Source: PVC group bacterium
GTDB taxonomy: Bacteria > Omnitrophota > Gorgyraeia > B26-G9
Length of the DNA stretch: 64,000 nucleotides
Assembly (NCBI GenBank): GCA_024231215.1
Contig: JAAEQR010000072.1
Location: forward strand, 193,210 to 257,209
Direction of reading: 5' to 3'
Of this stretch, positions 11,218-21,501 are shown one piece after another. Both the position numbers and the translations under genes were made by a program. A model generated the notes under the pieces. It searched no databases. It saw only the letters and a list, made by a program, of their open reading frames with translations, and had not been told where the DNA came from. Position 1 is the stretch's first letter. Every line of letters begins with the position of its first letter.

Positions 11218-11364
11218 ATGGCTCCCTATGGCAGAAGATATTATGATAAATACTGTCACATTTGTGTGACTCCCAAACAGAGTGTTCTTCTTTTTCACGG
11301 TACATGTCTTAAGTGTCTGGTCAAGAAATTTTTGTTTGGCAGATTGAAACCGATTAGACGGTAA
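11218..11364 (+). CDS. Small (48 aa) CxxC...CxxC zinc-ribbon-like protein. It is below the length cutoff of the ORF track.
   Basis: ATG 8 nt after GGAGG. Translation MAPYGRRYYDKYCHICVTPKQSVLLFHGTCLKCLVKKFLFGRLKPIRR. A strong terminator follows. Confidence 0.4.
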   Translation: MAPYGRRYYDKYCHICVTPKQSVLLFHGTCLKCLVKKFLFGRLKPIRR

Positions 11365-11398
11365 AGAAAAAATTTTAAATATTTTAGAATATAGTAGA

Positions 11399-11428
11399 AA
11401 ACCACCAGCTAGCTGGTGGTTTTCTACT
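11399..11428 (+). terminator. Rho-independent terminator
   Basis: aaaccaccagct-agctggtggtttt is a perfect 11-bp stem followed by a T-run. Confidence 0.75.
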
Positions 11429-11488
11429 ATATAACTTATTGTAAAATAATAAGTTGTGAAACTGTTTGTATTTTTTGCATATATTTAT

Positions 11489-11516
11489 TTGACATTTTAA
11501 TATAAATCATTACAAT
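11489..11516 (+). promoter_or_regulatory. Sigma70-like promoter (TTGACA, 16-nt spacer, TACAAT)
   Basis: ttgaca at 11489..11494 and tacaat at 11511..11516, upstream of the ORF starting near 11549. Confidence 0.5.
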
Positions 11517-11548
11517 TGATACTAAGGGGACGTAAAAGGGCAAATAAT

Positions 11549-11896
11549 ATGGAGAAAGAGATGATGAAGAATAGGGAAAAAATAGATAGGGAGAATGGCT
11601 TGATTTCGAATTATTTAAAAGAAATGGAAGAGCTTATTAATCGATATCCGGAAGATCCTAATGAGTGTGATTTTTCCGAAGATAAACTTAATGAACTCAT
11701 GTCAGATATCGATAAAAGCTGGAAAGCTTTTAATCGTAAGTGGCAGCATAAAATAAGTTTGCCAAAAAAAGATAAGGGCTTGGGAGTTATCAAAAAAGAT
11801 GATAAAGGGATGCATCATTTAGTTATAAAAAGTGATGTTATAAAAGAGCCGATTCTTGATCTAGTTGTTCCTGAAGAAGATGCAATAGAGTCATAA
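11549..11896 (+). CDS. Hypothetical acidic protein
   Basis: The ATG at 11549 follows AAAAGGG. The track start at 11516 is a TTG overlapping the promoter -10 box. No recognisable domain. Confidence 0.4.
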   Translation: MEKEMMKNREKIDRENGLISNYLKEMEELINRYPEDPNECDFSEDKLNELMSDIDKSWKAFNRKWQHKISLPKKDKGLGVIKKDDKGMHHLVIKSDVIKEPILDLVVPEEDAIES

Positions 11897-12164
11897 TCTT
11901 ACCTTTAATCCACACGCTATTTTTTAAATTGCTTGATTTTTCGCTGTTTTATAGTAGAATTATCTCAATGGTATAAACTTAAATTAGTCTAATACTCCTT
12001 ATGAAACCAGATTGTTTTGTGTTCATAGCATGTTCTTCAAAGTTAAACCTACTCAGTATTTCACGCATTTTCTAAGTGGTTGTTTGCACATTTTGAAAAG
12101 AAGCGTGTTTTTTATTGTAGCAAAATATGTATAGCTTGAAATTTAAGAAAGGGGATATGGTTCA

Positions 12165-14267
12165 ATGAGTGATTTTTCATTAGTGTTATTTACGTTTATA
12201 GGTTCAATCTCTGCATTGCTCTTTGCTGGTTATCTTACGATGTTTATTATGAAGCAAAGTGAAGGTAATGAGAAAATGCGTGAGATAGCGCAAGCAGTAA
12301 AAGACGGTTCTGCAGCTTATTTAAAGCGTCAGTATATAGTGGTTGGAGCATTCTTTGGTGTTGTGTTTTTAATTTTATCTTACTTGGTATCTCAGAAGTA
12401 TTTGGTTTTTTTCGTACCTTATGCTTTTTTAAGCGGTGGTTTATTTTCTGGGTTGTCAGGTTTTATCGGGATGTCGATAGCTACTCGGGCAAGTGCACGT
12501 ACTGCTGAGGCAGCAAGGACAAGTTTGAATGCTGGATTGCGGGTTGCTTTTTCTAGCGGTGCGGTTATGGGGCTTGTAGTTGTTGGCTTAGGATTGCTTG
12601 ACTTAAGTATTTGGTATACAGTTTTAAACTGGTATTATTCTTCTAACCCATTGCCACATGGATTAGATAAGATTGGGGCAATAACTTCTACGATGCTTAC
12701 TTTTGGTATGGGAGCAAGTTGCATGGCTTTGTTTGCTAGGGTAGGTGGTGGAATCTATACTAAAGGTGCTGATGTCGGTGCTGATTTAGTTGGAAAAGTT
12801 GAGGCTGGAATTCCTGAAGATGATCCGCGTAATCCAGCGGTTATTGCTGATAATGTTGGTGATAATGTTGGTGATGTTGCGGGTATGGGAGCTGATCTTT
12901 ATGAATCATATGTAGGTTCTATTGTTGCGACCATGGCTTTGGCTGCAGCAGCGGGGCTTGGATTTCGCGGAATTACAGTGCCTTTGATCATGGCAACAGT
13001 TGGTGTGCTTGCTTCGATTGTTGGTACTTTCTTTGTTAAATGCGGAGAGAAAGCAAGTCAGGAAGTTTTGCTTAAGGCCTTACGCAGGGGCGTTATTGTA
13101 AGCGCTGTAATAGTTGCTGTAGTTTGTTATTTCTTAGTGAAGATGACACTTGGTGCTGAAAATATAGGCATTTATTGGTCTATTATTGCGGGATTGCTAG
13201 CTGGTATTTTTATTGGATTTTGCACAGAGTACTACACATCAGCTCAGTATAAGCCAACAATTAGCATTGCTGAGAGTGCAAAGACAGGTCCGGCTACTGT
13301 AATAATTCATGGTTTGTCAGTAGGGATGCTTTCTACTGCAGGTCCGGTACTTGCAGTTGGTGCAGCAATCATTGCTAGTTTTTATTTTTCAGGAGGAGCG
13401 AAAGATTTTAATTTAGGTCTTTATGGTATTGGTATTTCTGCGGTGGGTATGTTAAGTACCTTAGGTATTACCTTAGCTACTGATGCTTATGGTCCGGTTG
13501 CTGATAATGCTGGTGGTAATGCAGAGATGGCTCAATTGCCGCCGGAAGTGCGGGAACGTACTGATGCTTTAGATTCTCTAGGGAATACAACAGCAGCAAC
13601 AGGAAAAGGTTTTGCGATTGGATCTGCGGCATTAACAGCTTTGGCTTTGATCGTTGCTTATAAAGAAGAGCTTCATATTTTTGGTGTGGAGCTGGATTTA
13701 AGTTTACTTAATCCACGTGTTTTGGTTGGCCTTTTCTTAGGCGGAATGATGCCGTTTTTATTTTCTTCTATGACTATGCGCGCAGTAGGAAAAGTTGCGG
13801 GTGATATTGTTGAAGAGGTTCGTAGACAGTTTAAAGAAATTAAGGGGTTGATGGAAGGAAAGGCTAAGGCTGATTATGCAGAGTGTGTAAAAATTGCTAC
13901 AGCTGGAGCACAAAAAGAGATGATTGTGCCGTCACTTTTAGCTATTATTACTCCAGTTGTTGTAGGTTTAGTGCTCGGGGTAGAGGCAGTTGTCGGATTA
14001 CTGACCGGAGCTACAGTGTGTGGTTTCGTTTTAGCGGTAATGATGGCTAATGCCGGCGGAGCATGGGACAATGCAAAGAAATATATAGAAGAAGGTAATG
14101 TCGGAGGAAAAGGTTCTTTTGCTCATAAAGCTGGAGTTGTGGGAGATACCGTGGGTGATCCGTTTAAAGATACCTCAGGACCATCAATAAATATATTGAT
14201 CAAATTGATGTCGATGGTTTCAATTGTGTTTGCTTCATTTGTTGTTGCGAATAGTTTTTTTAAATAA
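12165..14267 (+). CDS. hppA: Membrane-bound proton/sodium-translocating pyrophosphatase
   Basis: 700 aa with about 16 TM helices. Motifs GGG(I/L)[25 protein letters not shown] and [15 protein letters not shown] are diagnostic. Confidence 0.95.
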   Translation: MSDFSLVLFTFIGSISALLFAGYLTMFIMKQSEGNEKMREIAQAVKDGSAAYLKRQYIVVGAFFGVVFLILSYLVSQKYLVFFVPYAFLSGGLFSGLSGFIGMSIATRASARTAEAARTSLNAGLRVAFSSGAVMGLVVVGLGLLDLSIWYTVLNWYYSSNPLPHGLDKIGAITSTMLTFGMGASCMALFARVGGGIYTKGADVGADLVGKVEAGIPEDDPRNPAVIADNVGDNVGDVAGMGADLYESYVGSIVATMALAAAAGLGFRGITVPLIMATVGVLASIVGTFFVKCGEKASQEVLLKALRRGVIVSAVIVAVVCYFLVKMTLGAENIGIYWSIIAGLLAGIFIGFCTEYYTSAQYKPTISIAESAKTGPATVIIHGLSVGMLSTAGPVLAVGAAIIASFYFSGGAKDFNLGLYGIGISAVGMLSTLGITLATDAYGPVADNAGGNAEMAQLPPEVRERTDALDSLGNTTAATGKGFAIGSAALTALALIVAYKEELHIFGVELDLSLLNPRVLVGLFLGGMMPFLFSSMTMRAVGKVAGDIVEEVRRQFKEIKGLMEGKAKADYAECVKIATAGAQKEMIVPSLLAIITPVVVGLVLGVEAVVGLLTGATVCGFVLAVMMANAGGAWDNAKKYIEEGNVGGKGSFAHKAGVVGDTVGDPFKDTSGPSINILIKLMSMVSIVFASFVVANSFFK

Positions 14268-14288
14268 AAGAACATATTAAATTATAAA

Positions 14289-14336
14289 GGGAGGGCCTTC
14301 TCGCTATGGCGGGATAAATGTGCTCTCCCTTTTTTT
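14289..14336 (+). terminator. Rho-independent terminator after hppA
   Basis: aaagggagggcc...gctctcccttttttta. Confidence 0.65.
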
Positions 14337-14353
14337 ATGTTATAATAAAACTT

Positions 14354-15355
14354 ATGGAAAAGATCATTCAAAAAATCACCGGATATATTCAGAATAATAG
14401 ATTGCTGGAAGCAGGCGATAGAATTTTAGTTGCTGTTTCCGGTGGTTCGGATTCGGTTTTTCTGCTTTATATTCTTAAACAATTACAAGGGTTGTTTAAA
14501 ATTGATATAGCTGTAGCTCATGTAAATCATCTTTTGCGGGGCAAAGATTCCGATGGTGATGAAGTTTTTGTACGGAAGCTATCTGACGAATTAGGGTTTA
14601 AATTTTTTTCGCATACTGTGGATGTAAAAGATATTGCGAAGAAAAAGAAACTTTCTTTAGAAGATGCAGCACGCAAAATCCGCTACGAGTTTTTTTTAAA
14701 AATTACTAAGAAGCATAAATTTAATGCTTTAGCAGTGGCACATAATCAGGATGATCAGGCAGAAACGGTATTGATGCGGTTATTAAGGGGGGCGGGGATT
14801 ACCGGATTATCGGCTATGAAAGTAAAAAGGAAACTAGGTGATGTTGTTTTAATTCGTCCTTTACTTGAAATCCAGAAAAAGGATATTATTTCTTATTTAA
14901 AAAAGAAAAAAATAAAAAATCGATTAGATGTTTCAAATTTGAAAGCTGATTTTTTTAGAAATAAAGTGCGGTTAAGAACTTTACCGTATTTAGAAAAAAC
15001 AAGTCCTGGAATTAAAAGTAATTTATTGCGTTTGAGTCAGCAGGCACAGCATCTGGACGATTTTATGAAAAAACAGGTAGCTGAATATTACAAAAAAAAT
15101 GTTTACAAAACCCGTTCAGGTAAGCTGAAAGTTGAGCAAAAAACATTTGCAAGTCTTATGCCGGCATTACGAACAGCTTTGATTCGCAAGATAATTCAAG
15201 AAGTTAAGGGAAGTATTAAGCAGATTGATTATCGGCATATTATGATTATAGATCAATTTATTTTAGAGCAAAAATCTTCCAATAAAAGTCTCGATTTACC
15301 GCAAGGTTTACAGGTAAGAACCAAGTATAAAGAAATATTTTTTAATAAAAAATAG
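14354..15355 (+). CDS. tilS: tRNA(Ile)-lysidine synthetase
   Basis: PP-loop SGGSDS in ILVAVSGGSDSVFLLYIL, and the downstream HNQDDQAETVLMRLLRG motif. The ATG at 14354 lies just after the terminator. Confidence 0.85.
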   Translation: MEKIIQKITGYIQNNRLLEAGDRILVAVSGGSDSVFLLYILKQLQGLFKIDIAVAHVNHLLRGKDSDGDEVFVRKLSDELGFKFFSHTVDVKDIAKKKKLSLEDAARKIRYEFFLKITKKHKFNALAVAHNQDDQAETVLMRLLRGAGITGLSAMKVKRKLGDVVLIRPLLEIQKKDIISYLKKKKIKNRLDVSNLKADFFRNKVRLRTLPYLEKTSPGIKSNLLRLSQQAQHLDDFMKKQVAEYYKKNVYKTRSGKLKVEQKTFASLMPALRTALIRKIIQEVKGSIKQIDYRHIMIIDQFILEQKSSNKSLDLPQGLQVRTKYKEIFFNKK

Positions 15356-15393
15356 AAATTTTTAGTCTGGGGTCTTATGTCGTGAGGCTATAT

Positions 15394-16302
15394 TTAATCT
15401 GCTCGAACTCCATAGTGGTTAATGCTTGGCGGGGCATCGCGTTGTTCATCAGATGGCTTGACCTGCTTAAAATGTGGTTTTGTTTTTCGACAGTAACTAA
15501 TTAGGCAGAGAACAAAATGTTTATTTATCTTTCCACGTTTACTTTCTTCTAAAAGTAAATCTAAAGCTGCACGCACCGTAAACGGTTCATTCCTATAGGG
15601 ACGAAAACTTATAAGCGCGTCAAAAATATCACAGGGAATGATTGTTTGTGCGTATTGATTCAACTCCCGGATTCCCATGGGGTATCCTGTGCCGTCTAAA
15701 CGTTCATGATGTGCAAAAGTAGTCTGAGCTATAAATGCATTGGCATCTTTAAGGTATGCAGAGAGCAGGAGATATTCTATTATAGGATGTGTTTGAATTA
15801 TTTTAAATTCTGCCCGGGTCAGAGGAGTGTTTTTTTCTAATATTTCTAAGGGGATACGTGATTTTCCCATATCGTGTGCTAATGCAACGCTGGCTGTTTT
15901 TACAGGGTCATAGCCTTCATTTTGCAGGTCTAGGCTGATTTTTGTCGCAAGCGAAGCTACAACCAGAATGTGTTTATACGTATGAGGTTGCGTCTGTTTT
16001 ATTGCTTGTAATTCTTTAATTATTGAAGTGTTTAACTGGACGCTTTTCATGATAGAGAGTATCGTTTTCAGATTGTTCTTATCTGAAAATATAGTTTTAT
16101 AACTATCTGAGTTTATGGCAGTTTTAAAGTCGGGAATGATCGAAGTTTTGGAAAGACTGATTTTTTTATTGGAACACTTTGAATTGCGTATAACTTGTTC
16201 AATAAGGGCTTGGGTTATATATTCTTGAGATTTTACTAACAGATTGCCATATATGTCGCAGAGGTCGTTAACAGGATTTTTAAAGTTGATGGATTTCTTC
16301 AT
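15394..16302 (-). CDS. HD-GYP-type phosphohydrolase (putative c-di-GMP phosphodiesterase)
   Basis: HD motif AHDMGKSRIP and ...HHERLDGTGYPMGI (HD-GYP signature). Confidence 0.75.
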   Translation of the reverse strand: MKKSINFKNPVNDLCDIYGNLLVKSQEYITQALIEQVIRNSKCSNKKISLSKTSIIPDFKTAINSDSYKTIFSDKNNLKTILSIMKSVQLNTSIIKELQAIKQTQPHTYKHILVVASLATKISLDLQNEGYDPVKTASVALAHDMGKSRIPLEILEKNTPLTRAEFKIIQTHPIIEYLLLSAYLKDANAFIAQTTFAHHERLDGTGYPMGIRELNQYAQTIIPCDIFDALISFRPYRNEPFTVRAALDLLLEESKRGKINKHFVLCLISYCRKTKPHFKQVKPSDEQRDAPPSINHYGVRAD

Positions 16303-16518
16303 AGCCTTTTTAAAAGAGTTTATTTCTTAATTTAAAAAAAATGCCGCATTTTCAGGGCTTCTATTACAATCTTATCATAGCTGATTTAAGATTGCAACTG
16401 TTCAAAAAAAATAATATGTGTAACTACCTGAAAATATTAGACATACAATAGTGAGAGATGGAACAAATCAAAAAGCATATCCAAAAGCTTTGGTATGGTA
16501 GTTGCTACCCCCATTTTT

Positions 16519-16553
16519 CTTGACAACAGCATGGTTTTGGTTATATAATCAAC
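16519..16553 (+). promoter_or_regulatory. Sigma70-like promoter (TTGACA, 17-nt spacer, TATAAT) about 240 nt upstream of lysS
   Basis: ttgacaacagcatggttttggttatataat. The leader contains the hairpin tacccgatgggta followed by a T-run (about 16640..16670). Confidence 0.45.
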
Positions 16554-16765
16554 TGGTTGATAGGCAATCCCAAAATTTGCATTAATCCACAGCGAATAGC
16601 ACTAATCTTTTTGGCCTAAACAAGTTCCAAAAAGCCTCGACGTACCCGATGGGTATGCCTGTGTTTTTTGTAACTGTTTAATCTCAAAAATATTAGCACT
16701 CTTCAGCTGTTTTTAATGTAAAATCTGGGATTATAAAACACAAGTTATTACAGGGAGTTATTGCA

Positions 16766-18199
16766 ATGATAGATGATCTGATTCAGCAGAGATTAAATAA
16801 GCTGGAAGAGTTGAAAAAGCAGGGAATTAATGCCTATGGGCACCGGTATGCCAGAACTCACTATGCGCAGGAGATTAGAGATAATTTTAAGGAAAATGAG
16901 CATGTTTGCTGTGCGGGAAGAGTAACTGCTTTAAGAGCGCACGGCAAGAGTATGTTTGGGGATATTAAGGATAATAGTGGTAAAGTCCAGTTTTATATAA
17001 AGAAAGATATCATTGGAGAGGAAAATTTTGCTTTTTTAAAAAAACTGGATATCGGAGATATTATTGGTGTGGAGGGGGATCTTTTCCTGACGCATACCCA
17101 GGAACCGACGATATTGGTTAAACAGGCGGAATTGCTTTCAAAATCAATAAGGCCGTTGCCTGAGAAATGGCATGGGTTAAAAGATGTTGAGGTTCGTTAT
17201 CGGAAGCGTTATTTGGATTTGATTTCAAATGATAAGGTTCGGGATGTGTTCATTTTAAGAAGCAAGGTGATCAAAAACATTAGAAGTTTTTTAGATAACC
17301 GAGGTTATTTAGAGGTGGAAACCCCGATGATGCATCCGATTGCCGGAGGGGCAGCAGGCAAGCCTTTCCAGACACATCTTGATGCATTAGGTATGGATTT
17401 GTTCTTAAGAATTGCTCCTGAATTGTATCTTAAAAAATTACTTGTAGGTGATTTGGAACGAGTCTATGAAATAAATCGTTCTTTTCGCAATGAAGGTCTT
17501 TCCGTTAGACATAATCCAGAGTTTACAATGCTTGAGGTTTATACTGCATATGCTGATTATAAAGATGTAATGGAGCTGACTAAAGGGATTATTCAATCTG
17601 TTGCTGATGAAGTTTTGGGGACAAGAGAAGTTGCTTTTAAAGGACAGACAATAAATTTCGATAAATGGGAAGAAATATCTTTTGCAGACTTAATGAAAAA
17701 GAGGTTCGGGATTAATCCCGATGATTCGTCTGATGTTTGGCTTGAGAAACTCGAAAAAAATGACGTAAAAGTAGAATTGAAAAAGGGCAAGATCAGTCGT
17801 ACATTCATTTTAAATCTTATTAGCGATATGATTGAAGTGGATGAACCCCATCCGGTATTTATTACAGATATTTATACAGAGCTTTGTCCTTTAGCAAAAA
17901 AGAAGAAAGACAATCCGCTTCTAAGTGAGCGGTTTGAATTATTTATCGGGGGAATGGAGATAGCGAATGCCTATTCTGAGTTAAATGATCCGTTGGAACA
18001 AAAGCAGAGATTCTTAGAACAGATAGAGGATGCTTCGGATGCAGTGATGGACGAGAGCTTTGTCGAAGCTCTGGAATATGGAATGCCTCCGGCTGGCGGA
18101 TTGGGAATTGGAATCGATCGTTTGGTTATGCTTTTTGCTGATCAGCCGTCGATCAAAGACGTAATACTATTCCCGCAATTAAAACCAGAAATAGAATAA
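16766..18199 (+). CDS. lysS: Lysine--tRNA ligase (class II)
   Basis: N-terminal OB fold, then class II motifs FRNEG, and the motif 3 region GGLGIGIDRLVML. Confidence 0.95.
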   Translation: MIDDLIQQRLNKLEELKKQGINAYGHRYARTHYAQEIRDNFKENEHVCCAGRVTALRAHGKSMFGDIKDNSGKVQFYIKKDIIGEENFAFLKKLDIGDIIGVEGDLFLTHTQEPTILVKQAELLSKSIRPLPEKWHGLKDVEVRYRKRYLDLISNDKVRDVFILRSKVIKNIRSFLDNRGYLEVETPMMHPIAGGAAGKPFQTHLDALGMDLFLRIAPELYLKKLLVGDLERVYEINRSFRNEGLSVRHNPEFTMLEVYTAYADYKDVMELTKGIIQSVADEVLGTREVAFKGQTINFDKWEEISFADLMKKRFGINPDDSSDVWLEKLEKNDVKVELKKGKISRTFILNLISDMIEVDEPHPVFITDIYTELCPLAKKKKDNPLLSERFELFIGGMEIANAYSELNDPLEQKQRFLEQIEDASDAVMDESFVEALEYGMPPAGGLGIGIDRLVMLFADQPSIKDVILFPQLKPEIE

Positions 18200-18211
18200 A
18201 CCAAATTTATC

Positions 18212-19393
18212 ATGAAATATGAATTCTGGATCGGCATAAGGTATCTATTCGGCCGCAGTAAAGAAAAATTTATTTCTATAATCACCTTGATATCTGTTGT
18301 TGGTGTGGCTACTGGAGTTGCTGCGCTGATTATTGTTATTGGTGTGATGAGCGGTTTCGATAATGAATTACGGGATCGGATTATTGGGACCAGCAGCCAT
18401 CTTGTAATTAATAAAATCGGCGGGATTGATGATGCTGATCATGTTAAAGAGAGTGTTAGCAAAATAAAACATGTTACTGCGGTTGCACCGTTTGTTAATA
18501 CTCAGGCTCTTTTAATAGATGATGCTAGACAATTTCCGGTGGTCATTCGCGGTGTTGACCAGGAGTTAGAGTCACAGGTAACTGGAATAAAAAAATTTGT
18601 TACCATTGGGAAATTAGATTTAGCTCAAAATAATATCATCATCGGCCGGGAGCTGGCAAATCGTTTGCTGCTTAAAGTTGGGGATGAAGTAGTATTGATT
18701 GGATTGGGGAGTGTTGCAGAAGAAAGTTTTAAAATATCCGGAATTTTTACTAGCGGTATGTATGATTATGATTCCGGAGTTGTGTTTATTTCTTTGTTTA
18801 AAGCAAAAGAATTATCGGAAACACCTAATCTGGTAAGCGGCATTAGCGTTAAGCTTGATGATGTGTATAGAGCAAAAAAAGTAAAGAAGGCAATTCAGGA
18901 TGAACTTGGATTTCCATACTTTACTCGTACCTGGATGGATTTAAATCGCAATCTTTTTAATGCGCTTAAATTAGAAAAGACAGCCATGTTTGTTATTTTG
19001 ACTTTGATTGTTCTCGTGGCGTCTTTAAACATTGCCAGTACTTTGATAATGATGGTCATGGAAAAGACAAAAGATGTTGGGATCTTAAAAGCTATCGGTG
19101 CTTCCGGGAATAGTATTCGTACGATATTCACTGCAGTAGGGATAACCATAGGAATGATCGGGACGATATTAGGCACGGCTGGTGGTTTGGGCATGGCCTA
19201 TATTTTGAAAACGTATAAATTCATAAAATTACCTAAAGATGTTTATTATATAGATACATTACCGGTAAGGATTGAATATTTAGATATTTTTTGGATTATT
19301 GCCGCAGCTTTGTGTATTAGCTTGATTGCTACGTTTTATCCGGCATATCAGGCGGCTCGGCTTAATCCCGTGGAGGCACTTAGATACGAATGA
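18212..19393 (+). CDS. lolE: Lipoprotein-releasing system permease LolC/LolE (FtsX family)
   Basis: N-terminal MKYEFWIGIRYLFGRSKEKFISIITLISVVGVA and a MacB-like periplasmic domain with four TM helices. Overlaps lolD by 4 nt (ATGA). Confidence 0.85.
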   Translation: MKYEFWIGIRYLFGRSKEKFISIITLISVVGVATGVAALIIVIGVMSGFDNELRDRIIGTSSHLVINKIGGIDDADHVKESVSKIKHVTAVAPFVNTQALLIDDARQFPVVIRGVDQELESQVTGIKKFVTIGKLDLAQNNIIIGRELANRLLLKVGDEVVLIGLGSVAEESFKISGIFTSGMYDYDSGVVFISLFKAKELSETPNLVSGISVKLDDVYRAKKVKKAIQDELGFPYFTRTWMDLNRNLFNALKLEKTAMFVILTLIVLVASLNIASTLIMMVMEKTKDVGILKAIGASGNSIRTIFTAVGITIGMIGTILGTAGGLGMAYILKTYKFIKLPKDVYYIDTLPVRIEYLDIFWIIAAALCISLIATFYPAYQAARLNPVEALRYE

Positions 19394-20058
19394 TCTTGCA
19401 AGCTGTTAATCTCCACAAATACTATAACACCCGAAAAACAAAAGTTAATGTGCTTAAAGGGTTAAACATTGATATTGTTGAAGCGGAATTTGTTACAGTG
19501 TTGGGGGCTTCGGGGGCTGGTAAGTCTACATTGCTGCATCTTTTAGGCGGCTTGGATATGCCCTCGGAAGGACAAGTCTTGCTTGATGGCTCAGATTTTT
19601 ATAAAATAAAAGATAGAGAAAGAGCTTACTTAAGAAGTCGCAATATTGGATTTGTTTTTCAATTTTATCATTTGTTACCAGAATTCACAGCCTTGGAAAA
19701 TGTGATGATGCCTGGACTTGTTGGTGGTTCTATTACGGCTGCAGAAGCTAAGCAAAAGGCATCGCAATTACTGGAAGAGGTTGGTTTAGAACATAGAACA
19801 TCTCATCATCCGGCTGAACTTTCCGGAGGGGAACAGCAGCGTGTGGCAATTGCTCGTGCATTAATGAATGATCCTCGGATTCTTCTTTGTGATGAACCGA
19901 CGGGTAATCTTGATTCAAAAACCGGGTCGAAAATTTGCGAATTATTGATGCGGTTAAACAGGGAAAAAGAATACACAATAATAATTGCTACACATTCTGA
20001 AGATATCGCAAAATTGTCATCAAGAGTAGTTCATGTTAGAGATGGAAAAATAGAATAA
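19390..20058 (+). CDS. lolD: Lipoprotein-releasing ABC transporter ATP-binding protein
   Basis: Walker A GASGAGKST, signature LSGGEQQRVAIARAL, and Walker B LLCDEPTGNLD. Confidence 0.9.
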   Translation: MILQAVNLHKYYNTRKTKVNVLKGLNIDIVEAEFVTVLGASGAGKSTLLHLLGGLDMPSEGQVLLDGSDFYKIKDRERAYLRSRNIGFVFQFYHLLPEFTALENVMMPGLVGGSITAAEAKQKASQLLEEVGLEHRTSHHPAELSGGEQQRVAIARALMNDPRILLCDEPTGNLDSKTGSKICELLMRLNREKEYTIIIATHSEDIAKLSSRVVHVRDGKIE

Positions 20059-20091
20059 TAGTTTTTGTTTTGCTAGTGTAGGAGGATTTAT

Positions 20092-20970
20092 ATGTCATTA
20101 AAAATTTATATTGATGGTAAATTGGTAGATAAAAAAGACGCAAAGATTTCTGTGTTTGATCATGGTCTTTTATACGGAGACGGGGTTTTTGAAGGAATCC
20201 GCTCATATAATTGTTTGGTATTTAAACTGACTGAACACATTGACCGGCTTTATGAAAGCGCCCATACGCTTATGATTAATATTCCCCTGAATAAAGATCA
20301 AATGATCAAGGCGGTGATAAAAACGCTTAAGGCAAATAAGCTTAAAGATGCATATATTAGATTGCTGGTGACCAGAGGGGTAGGAGACTTAGGATTAGAT
20401 CCTCGTAAATGTAAAACCCCATCAATAATTATTATCACAGATACGATAGTATTGTATCCGGAAAAATTATATAAGCAGGGTCTGGAAATAATTACCGTGC
20501 CGACAATTCGTAATTTGCCGGAAGCATCTAATCCGCAGGTTAAGTCTTTAAATTATTTGAACAATATTTTGGCGAAAATTGAAGCGGTAAATGCCGGATA
20601 TCAAGAGGCGATAATGCTTAATTCTCTGGGGTATGTGGCTGAGTGCACAGGAGATAATATTTTTATTATAAAAAATAATAGGCTTTATACTCCGCCTGAG
20701 TCAATGGGCACATTGCGTGGGATTACGCGGGATGTGGTTATCGAATTGGCAAAGAAAGCAAAGCTTACTATTCAGGAACAAATACTAACCAGGCATGATA
20801 TATTTAATGCCCAAGAAGCTTTCTTGACCGGAACTGCAGCTGAGGTTATTCCTGTGGTATGTGTAGACGGTAGAAAGATAGGTTTAGCAAAACCGGGAAA
20901 AATAACCTGTAAACTTCTGGAAGGGTTTAAGAGGGTAACCCGTAGAGATGGTATCAAATATAAATGTTAA
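20092..20970 (+). CDS. ilvE: Branched-chain amino acid / D-amino-acid aminotransferase (PLP fold type IV)
   Basis: DHGLLYGDGVFEGIR, ...RLLVTRG, and the PLP-Lys region typical of class IV aminotransferases. Confidence 0.8.
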   Translation: MSLKIYIDGKLVDKKDAKISVFDHGLLYGDGVFEGIRSYNCLVFKLTEHIDRLYESAHTLMINIPLNKDQMIKAVIKTLKANKLKDAYIRLLVTRGVGDLGLDPRKCKTPSIIIITDTIVLYPEKLYKQGLEIITVPTIRNLPEASNPQVKSLNYLNNILAKIEAVNAGYQEAIMLNSLGYVAECTGDNIFIIKNNRLYTPPESMGTLRGITRDVVIELAKKAKLTIQEQILTRHDIFNAQEAFLTGTAAEVIPVVCVDGRKIGLAKPGKITCKLLEGFKRVTRRDGIKYKC

Positions 20971-20982
20971 CGGAGGCATTTT

Positions 20983-21486
20983 ATGGTGTGTCAAATTTGT
21001 GGAAATAAAACGGCAACAGTTCATTTAACGGAAATTATTAATGACCAGATGACAGAATTACACCTTTGTGAACACTGTGCTAAAGATAAAGGTATTGCCG
21101 GGTTGGGACAGCCGTTTGGGTTACAGGATTTATTGGCCGGACTGGTTGATTTTGGAGCTCCGGTGACCAGTAGCGGAGGCAAGAAGGTAGTAGTTAAATG
21201 TCCTAATTGTAAGATGACCTATGAAGACTTCCGAAAATCAGGAAGATTGGGATGCAGTCAGTGCTACGATGTTTTTAAAGAGACATTAGAGCCATTGCTG
21301 AAAAAAATACATGGTTCGATACAACACTTGGGAAAGGCCCCGGTACGCAGTGGAGAAATTATGAAAACAAAAAAAACTTTGCAGGATTTACAACTTAGAC
21401 TTCAAAAAGCAATTCAGGCCGAGGCTTTCGAAGACGCGGCAAAACTCCGGGATGAAATTAAAAAAATAGAGAAGAAAAATAAGTAA
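20983..21486 (+). CDS. mcsA: McsA-like protein (zinc-finger plus UVR domain activator of protein arginine kinase)
   Basis: N-terminal CxxC pairs (CQICGNK, CEHCA, CPNCK, CSQC), a C-terminal UVR motif FEDAAKLRDEIKKIEK, and a position immediately upstream of mcsB. Confidence 0.75.
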   Translation: MVCQICGNKTATVHLTEIINDQMTELHLCEHCAKDKGIAGLGQPFGLQDLLAGLVDFGAPVTSSGGKKVVVKCPNCKMTYEDFRKSGRLGCSQCYDVFKETLEPLLKKIHGSIQHLGKAPVRSGEIMKTKKTLQDLQLRLQKAIQAEAFEDAAKLRDEIKKIEKKNK

Positions 21487-21501
21487 CAGGAGAAAGATGC
21501 G

